Positions 29,735 through 39,378 of a DNA stretch of 64,000 bases are shown in pieces (positions within the stretch are counted from its first letter, which is position 1; each line of letters opens with the position of its first letter). The DNA is taken from the IMG/VR virus record IMGVR_UViG_3300033489_000001, positions 286,023 to 350,022 of that record. One strand, written 5' to 3'. This DNA is from a virus. Lineage: Duplodnaviria > Heunggongvirae > Uroviricota > Caudoviricetes. Position numbers and translations under genes: made by a program. The notes below the pieces were generated by a model that worked only from the letters and a program-made list of their open reading frames with translations, ran no database searches and had not been told where the DNA came from.

Positions 29735-31213
29735 CTAGATAGGAAGATTCATAGCCTCAAGATACTCATCGTGAGTTTCAACAGAAAATCCTTGAGGCTT
29801 CATTCGTTTCGGAGATGTAATCCTGCGAGTCACAAAATTGATATGAGCTTCAAAGGGAGGGAATAAAGGGTTGTCTCTATTTTTCAGGTTTGTGATTTTG
29901 GTTAACCCTGACGCTCTTAGGGCATCATTGAGATAGGTCGTTGTGATTACATCGGCCGTCTTCTCACACGAATTTGCGTACGTGAGGGCGGATGCTTTAT
30001 AAATCCCGTCATTTTTGTCCGCTGCTTCCTTTCCTTGGCGATTGATTTGAAAAAGCATAAGAACAGGGATGCCATTATTGTTGTCAAAAGTAAGAGCAAG
30101 GCGCTTGGAGTCATTAATGACAGAGTTCAATTCAATTGTATATTCCCTATTCTTTCGCTCTTTACGAGCTTCAATCCATTGGCCGTGATCCAGCACAACA
30201 AGGCCCACTTCAAACTCTTTATGTAACCTTTCCAGTTGGGACTTTATGTCATCCATATTCCATTCACGATCCGGAGTCACAACATTAAAATGCGTATAGT
30301 TGGGGTTGGTCGTGAAATCTGGAATCACAAGATTGTAGTAAAACTCTTTCTCCTCTTTTGTTAGGCATCCATCACGGATAGCTCCGTAATTTATAGGCTT
30401 ATAACCTTGTTTAGCAAATCGAGCGTTAGATGTATGTATTGTGTAAATGTTTCGGCGGACCTGTTCCCTAGGCATTTCAAATGAGATGAAAACGACATTT
30501 TTCTTATACCTGGTTACCGCGTTGTAGCACCAATTGGCCGCTAGGGTGGACTTTAGCTCACCAGCAAATGCAGCATGTATCCACAACTCCCCTTTCTTAG
30601 CTCCTTTGCAGATATCGTCTATTTCGTTGATCCCTGAAAGTACCCCATAAACTCTACTCTTATCACTTTCAGCTAAGTCATATTCTTCCCGCATCTTAGC
30701 GCCATCTTCACGAATATCCCCTTGAATCTGCAAGTTGTTGTCAGAAATTTGAATCTCTTGCACTTTACGAGTAAAGTGTGAAATTGCAGCTTCAAGCCCT
30801 TTTTTAACTACTTTTTTCTTCTTGTCTTCTATCCCTTTAATCAAGATCTCATGCGTTTCTTTAAGTAGCGCTGCAACTTTGACTTGAGCTTGATCATCCC
30901 GCAACGAACGTAGTAAATGAACAAAGTTTGTACGAGCATAAGGGCGCTCTACCGTAATATCTTTTAAGCGTTCAATTGCTTCTATACCATTCACACTATG
31001 GAAATAATCCAAAACGGTTTTGACCGAAGGCATCTCGAAATATTGAATAAAAAACCCCAAAGAATGCCTGTATATTTGCTCGTCTTCAGGCCGCCCCCAT
31101 TCAAATTGTCCTATTTCTATTGCCCTACGAAGATGTTGAAAATTACGAACTAGGTTTTCAGATGAAACCTCATTATCAAACTCAATAATCGATCGTAATA
31201 AGCGCTTGGGCAT
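29735..31213 (-). CDS. dnaB: DnaB-like replicative helicase
   Basis: SGINEID..KGEL..AFAGELKS, FISFEM, VVLDH, FQINR, EKTADV, KNRD. Confidence 0.88.
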   Translation of the reverse strand: MPKRLLRSIIEFDNEVSSENLVRNFQHLRRAIEIGQFEWGRPEDEQIYRHSLGFFIQYFEMPSVKTVLDYFHSVNGIEAIERLKDITVERPYARTNFVHLLRSLRDDQAQVKVAALLKETHEILIKGIEDKKKKVVKKGLEAAISHFTRKVQEIQISDNNLQIQGDIREDGAKMREEYDLAESDKSRVYGVLSGINEIDDICKGAKKGELWIHAAFAGELKSTLAANWCYNAVTRYKKNVVFISFEMPREQVRRNIYTIHTSNARFAKQGYKPINYGAIRDGCLTKEEKEFYYNLVIPDFTTNPNYTHFNVVTPDREWNMDDIKSQLERLHKEFEVGLVVLDHGQWIEARKERKNREYTIELNSVINDSKRLALTFDNNNGIPVLMLFQINRQGKEAADKNDGIYKASALTYANSCEKTADVITTTYLNDALRASGLTKITNLKNRDNPLFPPFEAHINFVTRRITSPKRMKPQGFSVETHDEYLEAMNLPI

Positions 31214-31215
31214 GG

Positions 31216-32043
31216 TTATTCTAAGTCTCCCATTCCGCCGCCTCTAGGTTTTTTGAAGAATTTACTCCTAGACCTTTGAGGTAATTCAAATGTCTCATCA
31301 TAACTAGGAGTATCTATGCCAAGCCCCATACTGACTGCAAATTCCTCCGTTTCCTCTGCAATTGCTTTGTTCTCCTCTCTTTCTGCTGCTACATCTCCTC
31401 CAACATCAACGATCTTAAATCGGCCCTGAATGTATTCATTCACCGCATCACTAAAAGCTTGTTGACCAGGAAGAAAGGATTCAGCACCTTCTATAATCCA
31501 CGTGGGCTTGGCCGCAAACTCCCTGGTTTTAAGAGCCTCATGCAATACCTTCGGCGTAGCTTTATTTGGAGTGATTCTAAACCCCAGCCGAATAAGAACT
31601 AATGATGGAGGTAACACTAAATCAGCAATAGTGTTGTTGGTTTCAATCTCATCCCGAACCTTAGTTGATTTACTAAGGTAAGCTTGTTTCCCCAACCAAA
31701 CATTAACTAACGTATTATCCTCTATAATTTTGTAAGAAAACCCTGGAGTATATAAACGTTTGGCCGATAATACCCAATGTAAATGTTGACAAACAACTGC
31801 CCAAGACCCTTTAATAAAAAGGTTTTCTTCAGTACGATCCCCTTCTACTTTCCCTGTTTCTGTATTAGGGACAATACAGTACAAGTCGCTTTTGACTCGC
31901 TTAACATTACTTATTTCGGGACCTAAATAATCCCTAAGAAGCTTACGTTCTAAGCAAATACAAGCCTTAGAGATTACTTCTTCCCCCTCATATTCATAGA
32001 GCCAATGCTCTCCGTTGCAGATCGGGCAAACAGGGTCAGCCAT
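31216..32043 (-). CDS. zinc-finger plus degenerate DnaC/IstB-like helicase-loader protein
   Basis: CPICNG...ACIC; NLFIKG, LVLIRLG, L..R...KPTWI; adjacent to dnaB; Walker A lysine absent. Confidence 0.55.
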   Translation of the reverse strand: MADPVCPICNGEHWLYEYEGEEVISKACICLERKLLRDYLGPEISNVKRVKSDLYCIVPNTETGKVEGDRTEENLFIKGSWAVVCQHLHWVLSAKRLYTPGFSYKIIEDNTLVNVWLGKQAYLSKSTKVRDEIETNNTIADLVLPPSLVLIRLGFRITPNKATPKVLHEALKTREFAAKPTWIIEGAESFLPGQQAFSDAVNEYIQGRFKIVDVGGDVAAEREENKAIAEETEEFAVSMGLGIDTPSYDETFELPQRSRSKFFKKPRGGGMGDLE

Positions 32044-32047
32044 GGCC

Positions 32048-33838
32048 TTACCTACACTGAGTGCCCGAATCTTTTTCTACAGAGCGCAAACTCTTCATTA
32101 ATTCGGTGGTGAAACTGCCTTCTGCTCCAAAATCAAGCGCCCCTACGGCGGATTCCCCTAGTACCTTGTCGATTAAATTTTTCTTCTTTTGCAGTATTTC
32201 TAAAGTGTAACGGTCAATCGTCTTTCGTTGCTTAATGGTTTTTCCGGGACGTTCAGCAACGAGATGTACCGCAACCACATGTTGGTGAGGGGAACCGATT
32301 CTAATTGCGCGGCCAACCGTCTGTACATAATTTCCCCATGACCACGGGGCATCATAAAAAATTAAGGCTTCTGCCGCTTGAAGATTGATGGCCTCTGATC
32401 CAGCGTCGGTAATGAATATGATCCGGACCTTAGACCTTAGGTCTTGAAAAGCTTGCATCGCCCTTTGGCGAGCGGGATTACTTTTTGTGTCTACAACTTT
32501 GCCCGTAACCGCTACGTTTGGAATCCCAATTTTTTCACATAACTTTTGAAGCCTTGGAACGAGTGACGCAAAACGTGTATATACAATTACTTTTGCATCA
32601 TCAAATTCCCCGGTTAGTAAGTCCAAAAGCGCTTGTTCTTTAGAGCCAACAGCAGCAACTTCCGCTTGCTCCTCTCGGAACATATCCAAGTCGATACTAT
32701 CCCCCTCTTCATAACGAAGAAGGGACAGTGAATCTACCGCTTGCTGGCAATAGATGAGCGCTACCAAACGCTTATGTTCCTCATACTCCCTAATTTCACC
32801 GTCCCCTAAGGATAGTATCCCGGTAAGAGCTTCGGCATATTTAGCGTCTTCCGCCTCAGACAATTCCACTAAGACTTCTTTAGTGATCAACTTAGGAAGT
32901 TCATCCGAAATCTCGTGCTTAGGCCGCCCTAAGAAAAAAGGGTCAATTTGATCTCGAAACTGTTGAAGATTTCTGTAACCTACAACGATAGGGATCTTAC
33001 GGCCACCCTTTACCGGTTGCATTTTTGTGACGCAGTAAGACTCTAAAAATTTTGTCTTAGTGCTGAACACTCCAGGGTAGATGCATTTATAAATTGAGAA
33101 CCCTTCGATCAAATTGTTCTTTAGAAGAGTTGCGGTCATCCCGTAACAACGATTAGCCCGATCAGACAGTTCTCGGCACACCTGCCAAGTCTTGGTTCGA
33201 TCTGACTTAAATGCTTGGCACTCGTCTGTCACTACTGTAAGATTTGGAATTCCACCTGTGATCCGATTTAGTAAACCCGGATTCAACGGAGCCTTCATAT
33301 TAGGTTGGCCGTTAGGTTTTAAGGGCCTAGAAGACCCCTCATTCCAATCCCGCACTAGGGAACTATAACCCATGATCATTACGGCTCTGTCGTGTCCTGC
33401 GTCCGTTGGATGCTCTGCAAAGGCATGATAGACGGCTTTACGTTCAGAAGGAGTTCCTTCTAATAAGAAAGTTTTAATCCCCAACGCAAACTTCTGAATT
33501 TCTGACTCCCATTGCCTCAAAGCTGATTTAGGAGCTATGATGATAACTTTGTTGGTTGGTTCTTTTTCCCAGGTGTAACAAAAGGAAGCAATAGCTACGA
33601 TCGTTTTTCCCGAACCGGCCGCATCACCAAGAACCATCCGCTTCATTGAGAGCAGGTGGAAAATTGCTTGAACTTGGTAATATCGAAGCCGAAAGGGCTG
33701 AACTTGTCCGTCTAGGCCGACAAATTCCGAACAAAGCATCGAAATAGGTTTGAGCGAAACAGTTTTGCTTGTACGAACTTTCTTGAGAATTTCGTAAACT
33801 TTTGCATGTTTCGCAAGGATATCTTCGTTTGACGGCAT
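32048..33838 (-). CDS. SNF2/DEAD-like superfamily 2 helicase
   Basis: GDAAGSGKT, DECQ, MTAT, AGSEAINLQ, QTVGRAIRIG. Confidence 0.93.
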   Translation of the reverse strand: MPSNEDILAKHAKVYEILKKVRTSKTVSLKPISMLCSEFVGLDGQVQPFRLRYYQVQAIFHLLSMKRMVLGDAAGSGKTIVAIASFCYTWEKEPTNKVIIIAPKSALRQWESEIQKFALGIKTFLLEGTPSERKAVYHAFAEHPTDAGHDRAVMIMGYSSLVRDWNEGSSRPLKPNGQPNMKAPLNPGLLNRITGGIPNLTVVTDECQAFKSDRTKTWQVCRELSDRANRCYGMTATLLKNNLIEGFSIYKCIYPGVFSTKTKFLESYCVTKMQPVKGGRKIPIVVGYRNLQQFRDQIDPFFLGRPKHEISDELPKLITKEVLVELSEAEDAKYAEALTGILSLGDGEIREYEEHKRLVALIYCQQAVDSLSLLRYEEGDSIDLDMFREEQAEVAAVGSKEQALLDLLTGEFDDAKVIVYTRFASLVPRLQKLCEKIGIPNVAVTGKVVDTKSNPARQRAMQAFQDLRSKVRIIFITDAGSEAINLQAAEALIFYDAPWSWGNYVQTVGRAIRIGSPHQHVVAVHLVAERPGKTIKQRKTIDRYTLEILQKKKNLIDKVLGESAVGALDFGAEGSFTTELMKSLRSVEKDSGTQCR

Positions 33839-33900
33839 AGGAGCAGCACTACACCAATTTTTCAGGGTGCATTAGAATAAAAACAGGGTAGATTAAAAGT

Positions 33901-34030
33901 GTAGGATTCTAAGAACACGGCGTTGCCACCAATGCAAATCCACGAGGTGTGAATCCTACGTTTTCGAACGCACTTCGTGATCCTCAACCTTGGGTTGCCG
34001 GTTTGCCAGGGAAATTGGTGGACACCGGCA
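33901..34030. ncRNA. candidate structured intergenic RNA
   Basis: Four complementary segment pairs of 7-9 bp within 130 nt (see findings). Confidence 0.45.
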
Positions 34031-34089
34031 CTTATAAGAGAATAAAAGCCAATAATTCAGGAGGAATCAGAGCAGCGATCGTATACGAA

Positions 34090-34386
34090 TCAGTAGGCAC
34101 TTCTAAATATCTCAAATTGATCAGGCTCTAAAAGTAGCTCAGCAGCCTTCATGACTTGTTCGTATAGCATGTGGCGATAGTCCATTAGAGGTTTAGGCAT
34201 ATGGCCTTCAAGTTTGTGCAACTCCAGTACCAGCCCAAGCTTTTTTACTAACTCTTTTTGACCAAGCATCGTTGCCCCAAGAATCAGAGCTTCAGGGTGT
34301 AGATTTCGATCCGTCATCTTAGTAATCTTCTTTACCGTTTCAGGATCAAACTTAGCAGCGGCGGTTTTCCACACTGAGTTATTCAT
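34090..34386 (-). CDS. hypothetical protein
   Basis: Likely start ATG 34386, right after the upstream stop; begins MNNSVWKTAAA. Confidence 0.65.
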   Translation of the reverse strand: MNNSVWKTAAAKFDPETVKKITKMTDRNLHPEALILGATMLGQKELVKKLGLVLELHKLEGHMPKPLMDYRHMLYEQVMKAAELLLEPDQFEIFRSAY

Positions 34387-34388
34387 AA

Positions 34389-35528
34389 TTACCCTTTTAC
34401 TTGCTCTTCGGCGGCTTTGAGAATCTCTGTCGCTTCCAGAGGCAAATCCGTAAATCTTTCTGCCATCCAACCAAGGATTTTTTTACCAGACTTTATACGG
34501 GTTAGTTGCTTGTGAGAGGCGTTATACTGATATGTACCAAAAATTACCTCCATAAGACGCTTACTACCTAACCGTGTAGAGGAGAACAATTTAAAATCTT
34601 TTTCCGAAACTATGTAAGAACGCCCGTCTAATGTCAAAATCATCTGGTAATATTGGCCATGATATTTACCGTCCCAGAAGTTCCCTCGATTATGCGCTTC
34701 CTCATAAAAACCGGAATCTGGCTTATAGGTTTCAAGGACTTTTAGCTCAGCCGTATGCTTGCGCCCGGCCACTGAAGGAGCATCCCCCGCAACCTCCCCG
34801 CTACCCACTAGCCAATGTTTGATAGAGGTAACGGTCCCTTCAGGTAGGCGACGATTAAATTTCCAGCCCTGAGCATCAAGGATCTTGGAGTTGAATCTAC
34901 CTTCGAATTTTAATCCCTTGAAAGATTTGACTACATTTCCGTAAAGCCAAGCTGGGTTTTTGCCCTCATCTTTTTGGATCGGGATCTCAATAGATTTAAT
35001 GGTCCAAGTATCGGTATCATTAGTCCCGCCAACGTAGAAATCTTGCCGTGTATAATGCCTGGCTCCAACAAAAACATGCTGCTGTTCCGTTCGTCCATAA
35101 GCCACAAAAGCAGAATCCCCTAAACTAGACTCATCTGAACTCCAAGTTGACTTGCCACGTTGGCTAGTAGTGACAAAAAACCATTGAACGCCGCTAGGTA
35201 TGCCTGCTTTGGTTTCAGCTTCCTCAAAGGTAACCTCTGCCTTCTTGGGCGGAACCCAACGACTTCCCCCTGGTCCAGGAGGTACCTCCGGATCAGAACG
35301 CCTATCATAGGTAGGAACGGTAAACTTACCCGTCAAGATATCATTAGCAATGTTAAGTCGCTTGATGGCTTCTAAATTGCCTCCCCGATCTGTGTGGGCC
35401 TCAAGAGCTTTTCGATGGTAAGCGGCTTTAATTTCGCTTGAACTCGGATGATCGTTGGGAAGGAAACCAAGGATTGCCTTAGCTTCATTCTCCGTCATGG
35501 GCATGGTTACTTCAGAAAAAAGATCCAT
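34389..35528 (-). CDS. J-domain (DnaJ-like) protein with HTD instead of HPD
   Basis: AKAILG...EIKAAYHRKALEAHTDRGG...LNIANDIL; likely start ATG 35504. Confidence 0.8.
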   Translation of the reverse strand: MDLFSEVTMPMTENEAKAILGFLPNDHPSSSEIKAAYHRKALEAHTDRGGNLEAIKRLNIANDILTGKFTVPTYDRRSDPEVPPGPGGSRWVPPKKAEVTFEEAETKAGIPSGVQWFFVTTSQRGKSTWSSDESSLGDSAFVAYGRTEQQHVFVGARHYTRQDFYVGGTNDTDTWTIKSIEIPIQKDEGKNPAWLYGNVVKSFKGLKFEGRFNSKILDAQGWKFNRRLPEGTVTSIKHWLVGSGEVAGDAPSVAGRKHTAELKVLETYKPDSGFYEEAHNRGNFWDGKYHGQYYQMILTLDGRSYIVSEKDFKLFSSTRLGSKRLMEVIFGTYQYNASHKQLTRIKSGKKILGWMAERFTDLPLEATEILKAAEEQVKG

Positions 35529-35536
35529 TGAATGAG

Positions 35537-35977
35537 CTATTCTAAAAATGTACTATTCGATCTGAACAAGGGTTTATGTCTCTTCAAGACATGCACGTCT
35601 TCTAACGTGATTCCCATATGAGATTTAATAATGCTGAGAGCTTTCTCCGGCTCATACTCACCACACGAAAATACATCCATACTGAAAAATGCTTGTAGAG
35701 GCCAACAATGAATAGATATATGACTTTTACTTATTACGCATACAGCGGTCAGGCCACCTTCATCCGAAAAAACTCCTGTCTCTTGGGATTTTTTTAAAAT
35801 AACTGGATCTATAGGAACCTCATAAAAATTAGGTCCAGCAATGATCTTCATATCCAAAGCTGAAACTAACTTTTGAAAAAGTTCCTGAAAATGCGATACC
35901 GTAAATACCGCGTTGGGATCTTCTACGAAAGCGTCAACAGTGACATGGACTCCAGCGCTTTCAATAATTTGAGGCAT
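35537..35977 (-). CDS. pyruvoyl-dependent AdoMetDC/SpeD-like decarboxylase, divergent
   Basis: GVH..., GGLTAVCVISKSHISIHCWP...MDVFSC. Confidence 0.85.
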   Translation of the reverse strand: MPQIIESAGVHVTVDAFVEDPNAVFTVSHFQELFQKLVSALDMKIIAGPNFYEVPIDPVILKKSQETGVFSDEGGLTAVCVISKSHISIHCWPLQAFFSMDVFSCGEYEPEKALSIIKSHMGITLEDVHVLKRHKPLFRSNSTFLE

Positions 35978-36022
35978 GTCCTAAGACCTAACTAAGAAAC
36001 TAAGAAAAGCGTTTTGCTATTG

Positions 36023-36397
36023 CTACCTAAACGTGCCACAACCATTAGATTCCGCACATGACTTAGCCTTGATAATACAAGGGAAACGGGCTGAATAAAT
36101 AGGATTCTTAGCCGAGTTAGTAACAACCGTAACGCAAGGCACACCTTTCCCTGTACCCTGTGCCCCATCACAACCAAGCTTCACCCATGTAGCGCATACG
36201 CCCGCTGGATCAGCTTTAATCGGTTCCGGGGCCGGAGCGGCATCCACTACAGGCGTGGGGATAGGGGACGCATCTACTACCGGTGCAGGCCCCGCATCAA
36301 TGACCGTGGGTATTGGCTTAATGCCACCACAACCACAACCCTCACAACCCCAAATCATTATTGCGCAAAAAACTAATAATGCCGTTGTTTTTCTCAT
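36023..36397 (-). CDS. lipoprotein with Pro-rich DAG/DAA linker
   Basis: Signal ending IWGC; IDAGPAPVVDAS...; Cys-rich C-terminus. Confidence 0.7.
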   Translation of the reverse strand: MRKTTALLVFCAIMIWGCEGCGCGGIKPIPTVIDAGPAPVVDASPIPTPVVDAAPAPEPIKADPAGVCATWVKLGCDGAQGTGKGVPCVTVVTNSAKNPIYSARFPCIIKAKSCAESNGCGTFR

Positions 36398-36407
36398 GGC
36401 TACCTCT

Positions 36408-37244
36408 TTACGGAATGATAGGGGCTTTACGCATGACTAGGAGAGAGCTAGTTTCGTCCCACTCGATATAGGATGAATCAAACAGAGCTACCCCATTGTC
36501 AAACATATTTGAACCCCAACTACCAACGTCTTTATGTGTATCTCCGTTGTATCCACCGAGAATCGTAAAATGCCCGCCGTAATCAGGGTCGTTATAGTTA
36601 AAATTAGTGGGTGGTTTAAGAGGGGGATCACCAGGTTTCCAATTTTCATACTCCGGACCTACCACAGTGGCGATCCCAACTAGATACCCTTCATCCTGAG
36701 CAATTTTAGTCTGGTCTACTTTCCTAGTGCCAGACGTTGTGATCCAGTTGAACTCGTATGGACCACGCTGATCATAGCCGTGATTCATTGCTTCATCAAT
36801 ACCCTCAGGAAGGAGTCCTCTTCTTAGATTTGGAAAGGTCGAAACATCATACGGCCAGTACAAATCTTCGTCGCATAACCCCCATTGGTTCAAGGCTGCC
36901 ATCGCGGTAACCGGGTCACACCCATAATCGTCGATGCCTTCCTTAGCCAAAACGAGAGTCCAGTAGTAGCCCATCATCCGCGATCCTAACGGATAATGTA
37001 AACCACTAGGCACATTTCCGTCTGGATAAGTGGATCTTACTCGCAAGCCACGAATCATCTGCGTAACGCCATGCCAGACGCAGCTTCCTAAGGACAACTG
37101 ATTTAATATACTCAGGATCTGCCACATATTATCGGCCCAGCCACGTGGAGTAGCCGCACCAATATGTGGAATAGCTCGCTGGATTTGAAACTTGTGTGCT
37201 AGCGGGTGTGGTTTTCTATAACCCTTAAAATGTTTTTCAGGCAT
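36408..37244 (-). CDS. papain-like (C1) cysteine peptidase
   Basis: NQLSLGSC, GGH...GGY, GSWG...DNG. Confidence 0.8.
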   Translation of the reverse strand: MPEKHFKGYRKPHPLAHKFQIQRAIPHIGAATPRGWADNMWQILSILNQLSLGSCVWHGVTQMIRGLRVRSTYPDGNVPSGLHYPLGSRMMGYYWTLVLAKEGIDDYGCDPVTAMAALNQWGLCDEDLYWPYDVSTFPNLRRGLLPEGIDEAMNHGYDQRGPYEFNWITTSGTRKVDQTKIAQDEGYLVGIATVVGPEYENWKPGDPPLKPPTNFNYNDPDYGGHFTILGGYNGDTHKDVGSWGSNMFDNGVALFDSSYIEWDETSSLLVMRKAPIIP

Positions 37245-37278
37245 GATATACTTACCCTAAGAATCTAAAACCACAGCC

Positions 37279-37701
37279 CTACTTTTGTGCCATCAACATA
37301 GGTCTGTTAACGGTTAGAGTAGCCGGGGTTCCTTTATACTTACCACCAGCAACCTGACAACCTAGAGGGCCTACCAAATCCATCAAATCCAAGAATGCAG
37401 CCTGGAAATCTTTCATTGCTGCCTGCATGTTCTTGTTTTGTACATCTTGCCCGCCCTGAGCTGTTCGGTTTATTATGTTGAGAGCCTTGTTACACTTCTC
37501 AAAAGCAGTATCAATCTTGGCCTGTAGCTCTGGAGCCGGTTTAGTAGCAAAATATGTATCAACGAAGGAACTGACTTGGTCCAGAATAAGCATTGCATCC
37601 TGCACCCCAGAAATCGTTGCAGCTAAAATAGCGGCCAAACTGGCTCCACACCCCATGGTTAAAACCGCAACCATCAATACCATTCCTAATCTTTTCTTCA
37701 T
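37279..37701 (-). CDS. lipoprotein
   Basis: MKKRLG-hydrophobic-LTMGC lipobox; helical body. Confidence 0.7.
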   Translation of the reverse strand: MKKRLGMVLMVAVLTMGCGASLAAILAATISGVQDAMLILDQVSSFVDTYFATKPAPELQAKIDTAFEKCNKALNIINRTAQGGQDVQNKNMQAAMKDFQAAFLDLMDLVGPLGCQVAGGKYKGTPATLTVNRPMLMAQK

Positions 37702-37764
37702 TATATTTATCTCCGTTTAAAGGTTGACTCTCGTGATTACCGTTTACTAAAGAAGTTCCCCTGC

Positions 37765-38175
37765 CTACTTTTTCATCTGCTGGACTTGAGCTTCAATACG
37801 CCCAACAACAAATGCCTCTAGTTTGTCAGGATCAGTGAACCCTAGGTTTTTGCCAAGCTCATCCAAGCGCCCGCCCAAGTTGGATTTTGCTGCCGCTAAA
37901 GCTTCATTCCGAACTTGTTTAGCTCCCTCAGAGTCTAGTTTGCCGTTCTTGGCGTTCGCTTTAATTGAGGCAACAGTGGTTTGCTCGGTCTGTCTAACAG
38001 CCGTAGCAATGGCATCGTTTAGTTGAAGCAAAGCAGTTTGAAGCACTACATCTTTGGTATGAGCACGAATCCATACCGCTGCTTCTTTTGTTAGCCATCC
38101 AATTAGAGCTAATACGGCCGCCCCTATATAGGGTAGCATCTGTACGATATACGCAGACCAATCGAATTTAGTCAT
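37765..38175 (-). CDS. holin-like membrane protein (LL-H-like)
   Basis: N-terminal TM segment; TAVRQTEQT...IEAQV. Confidence 0.6.
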   Translation of the reverse strand: MTKFDWSAYIVQMLPYIGAAVLALIGWLTKEAAVWIRAHTKDVVLQTALLQLNDAIATAVRQTEQTTVASIKANAKNGKLDSEGAKQVRNEALAAAKSNLGGRLDELGKNLGFTDPDKLEAFVVGRIEAQVQQMKK

Positions 38176-38289
38176 AAACTTTTCTCCTGAGTTGCTAGTT
38201 GCTGAAATACCTTGTAAAGGTGTTTTACATTTCAGCTAACGTATAGATTCTTTAGTAAATTAGGAGAAAGTAACGATAAATTCAGACTC

Positions 38290-38775
38290 CTATTTTATGG
38301 GAGGCTTAGATGTTTGGGGTGTAGGAAGCGGTGGAGGGAAAACAGGAGAGTGATCAGTAGGAAAGATAATAGGAGGAAGGATAGGAGGAGGATGATCAGA
38401 AGGAGGAATACTATCAATTCCAGGCAAATCCAGATTGATGCCTTTCTTTTTTGCAATGCCTTTTAGTAATTCGTAACCCCAGACGGAAAGTCCACCGGCG
38501 GTAGCAAAGTAGCCCATACGCGGAATCAATCTAACAATGTCAGGTTCCGGCTCCTTCCAAATAATGCCTAAGAGAATGCCCAACACAATTGGATGCAAAG
38601 GCAAGGTCTTTCGGCCCCACCACCAGAACCACACAGGTTTATTTTCTAAATGAGCGTTCTTCGTGAAGACGCTCTTGACCATGACTTGACCAGTCACCAT
38701 GAAAAATATTAAAGCTGAGAAGAAAGGCCAGTGAGGTAATACGTCAGAATTTATGAAGTCGCTTAAAGAATCCAC
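38290..38775 (-). CDS. multi-TM membrane protein, holin-like
   Basis: Three hydrophobic segments; Pro-rich tail. Confidence 0.6.
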   Translation of the reverse strand: MDSLSDFINSDVLPHWPFFSALIFFMVTGQVMVKSVFTKNAHLENKPVWFWWWGRKTLPLHPIVLGILLGIIWKEPEPDIVRLIPRMGYFATAGGLSVWGYELLKGIAKKKGINLDLPGIDSIPPSDHPPPILPPIIFPTDHSPVFPPPLPTPQTSKPPIK

Positions 38776-38806
38776 TTAATTTGCACTCCGTAAATTTCTA
38801 CTGTAA

Positions 38807-38847
38807 TATACGGAGAAGGTTTTATGCCTTCTCCGTATAATTGAAAC
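38807..38847 (+). CRISPR. solitary CRISPR-like repeat A
   Basis: 13-bp stem TATACGGAGAAGG/CCTTCTCCGTATA followed by ATTGAAAC. Confidence 0.6.
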
Positions 38848-38866
38848 ACTGTGATATATGCATGAA

Positions 38867-39001
38867 TCCTTCTAAGATTTACAGCTCTTTGAAAAGATAT
38901 GCGGTTCTGAAAGAAAATCTTCTTTTGGATAAAATCTGAAAAGTAAGAGCTGTCAGGGAGAAGGTTTTACCTTCTCTGATAATTGAAATGATAATTGAAA
39001 T
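38867..39001 (+). CRISPR. leader plus solitary CRISPR-like repeat B with duplicated 3' end
   Basis: Repeat GTCAGGGAGAAGGTTTTACCTTCTCTGATAATTGAAAT (38952-38989) then GATAATTGAAAT; leader homologous to 57326-57421. Confidence 0.65.
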
Positions 39002-39100
39002 GTTGTCATCACCCGTCCGGTGATCATGAAGAACACCATCGCCGCAAAAAAACCAATGGGGAAGAATATAGGAATCAATTAGACCGGTTACTTCGTTCAT
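39002..39100 (-). pseudogene. truncated, frameshifted 5' paralog of membrane protein 38290..38775
   Basis: MNEVTGLIDSYILPHWFF/AAMVFFMITGRVM versus MDSLSDFINSDVLPHWPFFSALIFFMVTGQVM; ends at repeat B. Confidence 0.75.
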
Positions 39101-39118
39101 GATTTGGATACAGTTTCC

Positions 39119-39307
39119 TCAGAGAGTCTTTCCTAAGGTCCCACCTTCCCATGCACTTAGCTTATGCAACCGTTCTTTAAGTTGCTGCTTTTGTTCTTGA
39201 GACAGGTTGGGATCGGATAAGGTGGCCTTAATACGCTCCCGGACTAGTCTTGCCCCTTCTTTACGTAAGTCAGGGGATAAATTTAAATAGTTTTGCCTTA
39301 TGATCAT
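39119..39307 (-). CDS. small hypothetical protein
   Basis: GGAGAGG SD; helical. Confidence 0.6.
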   Translation of the reverse strand: MIIRQNYLNLSPDLRKEGARLVRERIKATLSDPNLSQEQKQQLKERLHKLSAWEGGTLGKTL

Positions 39308-39378
39308 AGTGAGCCTCTCCTAAAGAAAACTGTAAAAAGGATTCTCAGCCTAGTTGGAGTCTTGCCCTATTGAATTCT

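Noticed and set aside
23949-33838. Inteins or introns in the polymerase and helicases
   Set aside because: Conserved motifs are normally spaced and no C...HN splice junctions were seen
38879-39100. 73-aa ORF in the track
   Set aside because: Chimeric read-through of a frameshifted gene fragment into the antisense repeat and leader
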